A stretch of 63,884 nucleotides of DNA, the filler included, from Hyphochytrium catenoides (lineage: Eukaryota; Protista; Hyphochytriomycota), in NCBI GenBank assembly GCA_900088475.1. It is 9 parts of 9 records of this genome, joined end to end, with 100 filler letters (N's around TTAATTAATTAA, not from the genome) between each part and the next. Parts side by side here need not be neighbours in the genome. Positions count along the whole stretch, not along the records: positions 38,587 to 50,578 come from FLMG01002681.1; positions 50,679 to 55,434 come from FLMG01001586.1; 7 more parts are not named here. The stretch is one strand, 5' to 3'. Below the pieces are notes generated by a model. That model had not been told where the DNA came from. It searched no databases and worked only from the letters and a program-made list of their open reading frames with translations. Positions 40,583 to 50,946 of the stretch are shown piece by piece (positions within the stretch are counted from its first letter, which is position 1; the number at the start of each line of letters is the position of its first letter). A program made the position numbers and the translations under genes.

Positions 40583-43500
40583 GGATTCTAGCGATTTGGT
40601 GAAGAAGCTAATAAGAGCAGACTTGACGGCTCCACTGATATCCTTGTTGCCTGGCAGCACCTGGTAACGAGGAAAAGCTCTACGAGTCTGACTTTCTTCG
40701 GCTCGGTCAACTCCACCTAACGATACATAATCTACTCGCCTGCCGCCCAGCGCCGCCATTATTGTTGTCTGCATTATTCCATCATGTGGCCTGATCGACT
40801 TGACGGTAGGTCGTCCCTTAACAGGTGGGCCCTTAGCGTCCCCGCCGAGTACTCGCCATAACAGAGCAAGTGCCCTTGTGGAATGGAAAGAAAAAAAATA
40901 GCAGCGGATAGGCTAGCTACTAACAAAGTCTGACAAGATAGATTCAATTATCTTCGCCTCCACCAAGTGAGTGAGATACCTTGCTGTGCAATAGAAAGTT
41001 CTTCCTGTCATCGAAGAAGAGACAACATTAAGTGCCACAGACGCCTTCAAAAGAGAACAAGAAGCCAAGAACGAGTTGACAAGGTGGTACACCAACCTCT
41101 CCACAGAGCACTGCTTCCTCAATAATGCCCCTCTGCTTAAGGCGTCTGTGCCTACTTCTTCTTACTATGTCGAATCCATAAACCTCCAGCTGGAGGATAA
41201 TCATCTGCCGTACTCCATCTCTTGCCCCAATAAGGTAGCACATGCCGCTGCTGCTGCACCACTAGTTGCATTACATCCCTTTAAAGTGCTGGCTTTCACG
41301 TGTGGCCTCCTCCTTACGTACATGATGAACGTAATGCTTACCTTACACGTGCAAGATCATACAGGTGGGTCTCTCATTGTTGCTCTTGGAGCTCAGACGA
41401 TCATCCATGTGCTTAAGGCACACCTGCTGATGAATATTTGTCTGCAGACACTCGATGCTTCATTTTCTTCCTAGCTGAAAGGGTGATGATGTCCGTCATC
41501 ATCAATGTCAAGATTATCTGTTCTTCGGTCTGTTCACCCTCGTTTAGCATTAGATATTGATGCTTCCACATCCATCCCCTTATTCTCTGGCAGGAGGAGG
41601 TGTCCGGAGTGACGTATCGTCATTAGTTCTCCAATAATCGCTGTTGTTTGTAGAGGAGGACGAGCTCATCATCTTCTCCGTCCTCTTGTTGTCCTGCTGT
41701 TGTCCTGTTTAGCCGTCGTCTCAGATCTCAGATGAACAGTTGATAGGAACAACTGTGTCAGTGGCTTGTCTCTTCCTCCTTCTGCTCCTGAATGATGATA
41801 ATATGGTGGAGCAGCTCTTTCGGAGTTGGTTATGGGCTGATACAAAGCTGACGGTCTGATGGGTGTATTACATAGCTGGGCCCCGTAGCGAGCTGTCCTC
41901 CATCCCATGCTTGACACAGCAATTTTCTATGTCCTTTCCTTCCAATCGCCTGTTCCATGCACAGGCGTGACATATTCTTGACACAAGTTCCTTCTTACAT
42001 TCCGGCTTCCCTTCAATTCTAGCACAAAAAAATTGTAGTTCCCCGCTTCTCATGCCAAGCCTCACAAGGGCGCGGCGCTTTCCCTGTTTTTCTGCTCTGC
42101 CGGAACAGGATGGGGCGAGCGCAATAATAAAGAGGAAGCTGAAGGGGAAAGTAGTAGGAGGAAGTGGGTCTGTGCCCAGTTGCCCAGTCTGGTGGTCGAG
42201 TGTTAGGACCGCGGAATGGATGACCCTCTCTTCTTAGCTGCTTCTCAGGTACGGCAAAAGCCATCGCATCAGGGAAATGAGCGGCGAGAGCATATAAAGC
42301 AAGAGCAGAGAACAGGTCGGCAGAAACCCGGCGAGCAGGTAATCGGCACGGAGGAAGGAACTTTCCTCCTGCTGACGACAATGGAGCGCAACGCGAGACG
42401 GGGAGAAAAAAAGAGAGAGAGAGACCGAGGGGACAGAGACCTAGTGAGGAAAAATGGACGATTCAAAGCGCAAATACACTGAAGAGAGGAAAACAAAGAA
42501 GAGATACGTATTATGCAGAGGAAACAGCCACAGCAAAAGGCTCGGTTGGCCTACGTTTAGTCGGCAACCCTTACCATGACCGACGGGATGGCTTTAGTTA
42601 TCGCACACGGGCTTATCGCCGGTTATGAGGTAGAAAGATAGGCTCTGGCTGTCATCAAACGGTGGACAACAAGTCACAGATGCGGGATACTCTCAAGATC
42701 CTGATACCTACCATAATGGCCCTATCGCTCGACTGCTCTATGATGTTCTCATTCTTACTTTTCATAGTCCCTTCTAGTTACGTGAGGCCGCCGTTGGTTG
42801 TTCTAGGTGATAACTTGTTATCATCCTTCCTTTCAGCTTCTTCCTATCCAATCTTTCTCACCTCTGATAAAAGTAGAGACTCTGAGATGGACATGATGGA
42901 TGATGATGAAGAAGCTGCTGGCCGTGAGCAGTACGGGCGGCCCTTGTCGACTCATGAAGATACTTATTATAGAAGGAAAGCTAGCGTTTAATACTACTAA
43001 TGTCCATTGGTCAGGCAAGGACCTAACAGAAGCTTACCTTATCCTTCTGGTTGCTCATCGCGAGGGTGTTGTCGACGATGGTTAGATGATAAAATATGGT
43101 GGTTACCTGCTACTGCTACTACTACTAGGGTGCTGATAATGTCCCTACTGCTGGCCGTGGTACTGCTGTTGCCGGTGGTGCTGCCTGTGCTGGTGCAGCT
43201 GCTGCCGCCGTAGTGCTTGTTGTGCAGCTGCTGCTGGTGTCAGGATCATGTTATCCTTCTGTCATGATATAGAGGATTTGACAGGTTGCCACTCAGTGTT
43301 CTCCGGTTCCGCATCTAACTGCACTTTTGCTAATGCTGCTGATGCTGTCCCTGCTGTTGGCCGTGGTACTGCTGTGGCTGGTGCTGCTGCTGATAAACGC
43401 GAGCAGCAAGCTCTGGAAGAAGTGATGTAAGTTCCTAGATGATGGAACCAGAGAAGAACAATGAGTGCAACTCGTGAATTTGGTATGTTGTGACAGAGGG

Positions 43501-43936
43501 ATTGTATGATCCTGGGGGATGTGTGTGGATCACCCGTCTTCTACTGTACGAATCTCTGCAAATGATCTTCATAATGAAGCTTTCTTTCTCCGATGATCTT
43601 CATCTTGAACCAGCAGAGCTCGAAGACGTTGAAGCAATTTCTTATCGCGCCCTTCTGACAACCTAGAAGAGGGCGCTAGCATCTTGCCGTCCCATAGCAC
43701 AGAACAGGGACTCTCTACAGCGAGGACAGGTCGGATTGGTTAGGGTCCTTTTTGACCTCTCCCTGACGGACCTTCCTCTAGGACCCCGCTCATCGACTAA
43801 CGCGAGGTCGTGCACGGGAGATTGAGCTCTGTTGCTGAAGTGGAGCCATTGTCAAGACGAAGCTCTCAGTCGAAGGACCTTCTATTGGGACTCCTGACGT
43901 AGCGTTGCGCACAAAAGCTAGGACGAAGATAGTAGA

Positions 43937-45010
43937 ATGGTAGAATGCATGCCTTTCTTGAACGTCTGCTTAAGGCTGTCCATGCCACACTGCTGGTGCC
44001 TCTGTCTCAATGCTACTGGTCCTCCTCAGTGCTAATTTGGTTAACCGCTAAGACGTCTGACAGTAGTGGCATCTCAGGTCCCATTTCTAGAATGGGGCGT
44101 CCTAATCTTCTGCATGTCCCTCTGCACTTCCCCTGTCGTTGACTGCTAGGAGCAGGTTGATCTTGAGCAGGTTCCGGGGCAGACTGGCACCCTAGTGATA
44201 GGCCCAGACTACAAGGTCATAAAGGTCAGGATGTGAGCCTCCCCGTTCTCTCTGTCTTCTCTTTCTCTCTGTGTCTTCTTTCTGTCTTCTTTCCTCTCTT
44301 CCACGCCTCTGCGCTCCTACCTCGATCTATGAAGACCTCGATCTGCCTACTGGAGACCACTTCCGGCCAAATAAAGTGTCTCATACTCCTTCCGCGTTCG
44401 CAGTGCCGCTTCTCGCCAGTCTTCGCGTTTTTGCTTAACTTCTATAATCTTCCCTTGCCGCTTGGCTTTGTGCTATGTGAGATGGTGACCTTACGTCATG
44501 GACTCTCTCTTCCTCTCTTGTCCATACCACCGTGGATGTCAGGCGACAGGCTCCTTATCAGGGAATAACACAGAGAGAGTGGCTGATATTGTCACTCAGA
44601 TGCTTCAGGTACTACGGAACTCCTTCCGTCCGGTCCGGCAACTCTCTCTTTCTCTTTCTCTCTCTCCCTCAGCTGCTGCTCCCCACAAATCCGTCTCTCC
44701 TCCCCTCGTTCTCGCCACTCTTCGTGCTCAAATTTTCTTCCTCTTCTCCTGATCTCTGATGACAACCTCTACTCTTCCTCATAGGACACAGCTTTGGCGT
44801 TGAAGCAGTCAAACAATAGTTCGGGTTTCCAAAAGCTTACAGGTCAAGCGCTTTATTCCGTGGCTGACCTCGCTTCCCTTATATATTTGTTCACATATCT
44901 CTCCTTTCTCTGCCTCTTTGTTTTTAGTGAGCTTCCCTGCCTACAGCCTAATGGTCACGGTTTCTGGCAGCAACATCTACGTCGTCAGAAAAGAAGAAGG
45001 CAGTGAATAA
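43937..45010 (+). CDS. LAMTOR4: Ragulator complex subunit LAMTOR4 homologue (5 exons, ~94 aa)
   Basis: Exons 43937-43939 (ATG only, least certain), 44150-44224, 44543-44608, 44785-44842, 44928-45010 give MEQVDLEQVPGQTGTLVIGPDYKVIKATGSLSGNNTERVADIVTQMLQDTALALKQSNNSSGFQKLTVSFPAYSLMVTVSGSNIYVVRKEEGSE. This parallels human LAMTOR4 as I recall it (LERIPDQLGYLVL...SGDL...FKRLSVVF...LLVTVSGQRVFVVKR). Confidence 0.82.
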
Positions 45011-45451
45011 GGAGAAAGTCTGGACTCTAAGAGGGGCGTTGCTTTTCTCCAGAAGATGATATGTGCCCAGAGGCCTTTCAAAAAGAGAAAGAAAGGAGAG
45101 AGACAGAGAGAGAAGGACAGAGAGAGAGAGAGAGAGAGAGGAGAGGAGAGAAAGAAGAGAGACAGTTTGGATGTAGAGAGGGAGGGTTAGAGCTACGAAG
45201 GATGATGGCAACTGGCTGTCTGGTGTTCTTCGGAAGTGAAAGTAGAGGCGTAAGATTGAAAATGGCGGATGACGTGCTGGGCAAGTCAGAGGATTGAAGG
45301 CACAGACTCCTGGCGTACTCTCAGGTGAAGAAGAAGACAGTCACAGGGAGAAGAGGAAAGCAGAGAAGACCAGCTGCACGCTCTTGTCTATGACTAAATA
45401 TTGACTCCCCATTAGTCTTCCTCCTACCATGCATTTGATCTCAATAGCGTC

Positions 45452-48400
45452 TTACTCCTCCGCCATCACCGATGCTTCTCCCTCGTCCTGCCCTTCTTCT
45501 TCCTGTGGCTCCTCTCTCCCATTCCCTTCGTCTGCTGCCTCTGTCTGTCTATGGTTCGGTAGAGTCTCCCACTTGGCTGTCTGCAGTACCAAGGGAACGA
45601 CCAGAAAGCGTTCTTCTCCTGCTGTCTCCTGTGTCTTTAGTTCCTTCTTTTCTTCTCTGGCCACCGTCCTAGAAGATCCTTCTATATCCTCATCCGTATT
45701 CTCTGCGGCTCTGATCTTGCCACTCTCCTTTCTGTCACTCTTCTTGGGTCTCTTGTCTCTCTCTTCTAGATCCTCTTTTCTCTCTCTCCCCATCATCCTC
45801 CGTTCTCTTTTCTGATAATCTGTGGCGATCTCTTTCAAGAGAAACGGCAGACCGTGCGCTTTCATTGGGAAGAGATTCGAATCTGATCGATAACATAAGA
45901 AGACAAAGAAGGCAAGTTCAGCAGGGGAGAGAGATAGAGAAACAAGGAGAAAGGCACACACCACAGAAGAAGGGAACACCAGGACCTCAAGGCTCAGGGT
46001 AAAAGCTACTAGGAGGAGGGAGCAAAGAGAGAGAGAAATGGAGAGAGAGAGAGAGAGAGAGAGACAGCGTGACAGATTGAGCGAGAAGATGACGGAAAAA
46101 GAAAGTAAGAGGGAAAGGCTTTCTGAAAGGTTTCGTCCAAAAAAACTGCTTGAACGATGAGGAGACAGCCATTTGACGTCTACCTGCTAATGCCAGTGCG
46201 CCCAGGGCCCACAGAGCCGCCTGCCCTGCGTCCTCATAGTCCACGTAGAGGAACTCTTCCTTCTCTTTCCCTCTTCTCTTTCTACCTAACGCCCTTCTCT
46301 CCTCATCCTCTAGCATGACCAATCGACTGTCCCTTAGAATGCGTATCAGAGTGGGAATAACTTGATCTCCGCAGTACTTCGCCGATGGAACTGGCGGGAG
46401 AGCACCAGACGGGGACAAGGGCACCGAGAGGGCAAAGAGAAGAGCATAGTAAGTAACAGCCAAAGAGATGCCGAACGATAGAAAAGTGAGAGAGATTGAG
46501 AAGAAATAGTGTGAGAAGTCGGGGAGGGAAACCCAGAGGTTTTTGACAAAAAGTGCAGGGAAGGAGGAAGGAAGATAAAGTCAGGAAGAGAAAATGAAGG
46601 GGATCTAGTCGAGGGAGAAAGAAGAAAGAAGATGCATGCTATAAGGAGAGGGAAAGAGAGAGAGAGGGCTTATGCGGACAGAGAGACGTTTCATCAGAAG
46701 ACGCTGTGCCAGAGGGTTCTGAGGAGGAAGAAGAGAAGATAGAGTCGAAGAGGATAGTTGACTCACTATCTCTGGCAAACGCCGTGATGATCTCTGCAAA
46801 CAGAAGGTACACCTTTGGCTCTGTGGGGTGGCGCTCCGCCCCAGCGACTAGGGTAGGGAGAAAGTTCTGATGCTTTATCCGACTGAGAGTGTCCTCTGTT
46901 ACAATGAGAAGGAAGAGAGAGAGAGAGAGAGAGGAGTCGTGGGAGCAGGGATGTGAGAGAGAAAGGGAGAAAGAGAAACAGAGCGAAAGAGGAGCAACTG
47001 GTAAGACAGAGAGTAGGCAGGAATAAGGCGGGAGATCAAAAGGAAGACACAACTGTCATGAATCTTTTCTCTGGGGACTCAGACGCCCAAGCCAAGAGAG
47101 CAAAGAAGGATGGGCGGCAAGCTGTACAGATTAACACTAGCGAAGGGACAGAGACAGACCAAGAAGAGTAAAGGAGGACAAAAAGGTGGACGAGCAAGAG
47201 ACAGAAAGAGATACAGAAAAAAAGAGAGAGGGAGGGAGCGAGAGAGGGAGAAAAGAAGAGAGATAGCTCCTTGAAATAGCTCATGGGTGGGTTGACAACA
47301 TAAAAGTGGGCGGGCCGAACAAGAAGGAGAGAGAGATTTCTCCCTTATGGAGAGACCAGAGTCGTAAGCTCACCTGGGTCCTTCTCTATCAAAGCCAACA
47401 GCTTCTTCATCCCTGCGATCTGAACCTAGAGACAGAGAGGTAAGGCAACCAAAGATGAGAAATTGAGAGGATCGATGCTCTTCCCTAACTCCGTCTCTCC
47501 CTCTGGGTTACCTCCTTTGCTCTCTCTGTCTGTCTGTCTGTCTGTCTCTCTCTTTCTCTGTCTCTTTCTCCCTCACAACACACACATCATATTCATTCTC
47601 TCTTCTCTCTCCTGGTCTATCCCTCACACTTCTGCCACTCTGTCACGCTGCTTACATTTACAAGGTCAACGCAGTCCTTGAGGATCTTCTCCATCTCTTC
47701 TTCTGCCTCTTGGAATGCTTCAATTCTCTCCACTGGGTAGTTTCCTCTGTTCATCCCTAGGTTTACGTTACAGAGAGAGGAGGATCACAAAAGAGAGAGG
47801 TAAAGAGAGAGAGAGAGAGAGAGAAAGAGTAGCAGTAAGAAGAGCTGCTGAAAGACAGAGAAGACGTCTACCGAGCAGGAGCGAAGAAGTGCAAAGTGTC
47901 CTTCTTCCTGCTCTTCCTATCGTGCTCACTCTGTTATCCAACATATTTCTCGATGATTCTCCTTCCCCAGTTCCGCTTTTTCTCTCTCCCTCTCACGTCC
48001 TCTCTTTTTCTCTCTCTCTCCCTCTCGCTCTTTACCCCTCTCTCTCTTTCTCCCTCTTCGTTCCGTTATTCTCGCTTCTCTGTCTGTCTCTGTCTCTCTT
48101 CTCCTTTGCTCTCTCTCTCTCTTCCGCAACGTTTGTCTCTTCTCTTTCTTTGTTGCAACGGCTCTCGTCGTTGCTTGTTTTCCTTCTTCTCACCCTGTAC
48201 GACCATGTTTATATATTTCATAATGGGCTCATCCAGGGCAAAGGCTCGCTGGAGCGTGTGCAGTGTAAGTCTCAGGGTCCGGTGACGCGGACGACAAAGG
48301 GAGCGAGCGCCTTTCTTGCTGAGAGAAAGAGCAGCCAAACCCAGCAGTGCTGATCTGGGAAGAGGAGAGTGAGAGAAAAAGACAGATAAAGAGAGGAGGA

Positions 48401-49890
48401 GAGACACGGAGGGAGAGAGAGAGGAGAAAGGTATACTGAAAAAGGGAAAAGAAGAGTTAGGATGCAGATTAAAGAACTAGTAGGGGATAGGTCTCAGCAT
48501 TAGCAGAGAGAGAGAGAGAGAAAGAAAGAAGGGAGAAATAGAGAGAAAGAGAGGAAAAGAGAGAGAGAGTGAGAGAGGCGGCGTCTGATAAAGCTGTGCT
48601 TCAGTACCTGAGGATCTGAGTGTGATAGGTCTCAATGTCTCGTCGCTGATCTGTATAGTCATAGGGACTCTATTATAAGATAGCAGTCGGGAGGAGAAAA
48701 CCTTCTTAGATGACAGACATGGTTGAATGGAAGAAAGATAGAGAAACAAGAGGAGCGTCAGGCAAGAGGAGAGAGNNNNNNNNNNNNNNNNNNNNNNNNN
48801 NNNNNNNNNNNNNNNNNNNNNNNNNNNNNNNNNNNNNNNNNNNNNNNNNNNNNNNNNNNNNNNNNNNNNNNNNNNNNNNNNNNNNNNNNNNNNNNNNNNN
48901 NNNNNTCGCCTCGCTATTTGAAGTCTTTTTCTTCTGTCTCTCTCTCTCTCTCTCTCTCTTACCGTCACCCTTCGCCCTCGCTTCTTCTCCCAACCTCACT
49001 CTTTCTCCTCAAACCCACGCTGCTTCTCTCCTTTTTGTGTACCATCCGCTCGGTAGAATAAGCTCTTCTTTCCCTTACCATGATCACCCTTCGTCGGAAG
49101 AAGCCTCTCTTCTCTTCTCTCTCCTCTGAAAAGGGCTCTAGCTCCTTATATCTTGAAAGAATCGGTATCAGAGTGTCCGCCACGGAATAATACTTAGCCA
49201 TGCAGTCTAGCTGATACTCAGCAACATGCCGGTTATGAGCATCATCTCCGAAGTAGTCAGATATCAGGACGTGGGCGGCTACGCGAACGCCGTGCAAGCC
49301 TGTGATCCATATTGGGCAGCAAGCAAGTAAAGAAAGAAAGAGAGAGAAAGGGAGAGAAGAGAGAGCGAAAGGGGAGTGACAGAGAAGACGAAAGGAAGAG
49401 AGAGAGAAGCGCAGTAATCAGAGGAGCGCCGAGAGAGAGAGAGAGAGTATTGTGACCTCACGTCCGTGAATGAGGGAAGTGACAGAATGATGCGAGAACT
49501 GGACTCTAGGAAAACAAAGAAGTGTGAGGGATGCTGGCAAGAGACATAAGGAGACAAGAGAACAAAGCTGCCGGCATCAGGACAGGACAGAACAAGATGC
49601 AAAAGCTGGCACCCGGTAAATCAAGGTGACAGGAAACTTATGAGAGAGAAAGAAAGAGATGCAAGGAGCCCATGAGTCAGCAAGGAGGAAGACATACACA
49701 CAATGCGGAAGGAAAGAGAGACAGAGAGAATCGTCGGGTCCATATCTAACCTTCATTGACGGTCTCTATGTACCAAGGCGTCTGCCTGAGGTAGCGGATA
49801 CACCATCCAATCTTTTTATAAGGCGCCACCTCCGCATCGCTGGTGGGAGCCACGGAGACCGTCAGACAGCTCCACATCACTGCCTGCAAT
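45452..49890 (-). CDS. Multi-exon hypothetical protein, probably ARM/HEAT-like helical repeats
   Basis: Short coding-like blocks between CT-rich introns: VQIAGMKKLLALIEKD, FLPTLVAGAERHPTEPKVYLLFAEIITAFA, VIPTLIRILRD...GQAALWALGALAL, MKAHGLPFLLKEI, SALLGLAALS. Boundaries are approximate and there is an internal N gap. Confidence 0.55.
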
Positions 49891-50699
49891 GTGGGGGAAC
49901 AAAGCCCAACAAAGACAGGAGAAAGTGGCGAAGACCAAGGAGAGAGCCACAGAGACAGTGCCAGAAGGAGCCGAACGAGGGAGAGGGAGAAAGTAAGAGA
50001 GACACAGCCGAGACAGGAAGAGAGAGAGAAAGAAGGTGCGTGGAGGAAGGAGAAGAAGGGGGAAGACACTTTGTAGAGACAGAAGCTGAGGTGAGAAGGG
50101 TATATACGTCGGTGCTGCTGCTTCTGCGCAGCATGGAGGAAGGAACTCAGAAGCAGAACGGAAGGAAGAGAGAGGCAGCTCCCTCCGTATCATGTCTTCT
50201 CTTTCACCATCTGTCTCTGTTGTCTCTCTCTTCTTCTTCGCTTCCCTCTCTCTCCTTCTTCCTCCTCGCCCCCGTCTCTCATCTGCCCTTGCCTATGAAT
50301 GAAGGAGAAGAGACGCGACTGGTTCTCTTCTCTCTCTCTCTCTCTCTCTCTCTGTCCTTTCGTATGTTTCTGGCTCTCTCCGTCACCTCCCCAAATAGCA
50401 GGAGGGCCCTGATAACCAAGAAGCAGAGTGACGGACGGACACACACACACACACGCAAGGATAGAGAAAGGGGATAACTAACAGCCGCCTTTCTTAGACA
50501 CTTAGACTTGGGCCGTTACAGAATCAACGAAAGATTTTATCAGGCTTGATTAGAGTCTGATAACTGGTTTAACCCCCCNNNNNNNNNNNNNNNNNNNNNN
50601 NNNNNNNNNNNNNNNNNNNNNNTTAATTAATTAANNNNNNNNNNNNNNNNNNNNNNNNNNNNNNNNNNNNNNNNNNNNGTGAAAGTTGCAAGACAAGTA

Positions 50700-50945
50700 G
50701 AATAAGTAGTTGTACAGAACAGATACTTGGAGTTGAGGATCCACCAAGTCCGTTTCACTTACCGAGCTATCAGGTTCGGTTTCCCTCCACAGAGCGAGTG
50801 GTAGACCTCGAAGGTCCACTGCTCTGGATATTTGCGCTGCCTACTAAACGGCGGCGGCGGTGAAGAGGGGGAGGTTGGGCTTGTGCTGTGATCAAATTTA
50901 AAAGCTGAATATTAGAGACTTCATCGCCGCCACCATTATTGACTC
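50700..50945 (-). ncRNA. Candidate Fanzor omega-RNA scaffold
   Basis: Four stems directly 3' of the Fanzor stop codon: 50934-50919 pairing with 50865-50850 (16 positions, one mismatch, one G-U), 50826-50790, 50780-50761 and 50754-50718. The location matches where TnpB/Fanzor omega-RNAs are encoded. The ends are not defined. Confidence 0.6.
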
Positions 50946-50946
50946 T

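Noticed and set aside
41000-43460. Gln/Ala-rich minus-strand gene
   Set aside because: CAG/GCA-rich low-complexity sequence broken by frequent stops; at most a decayed relic.
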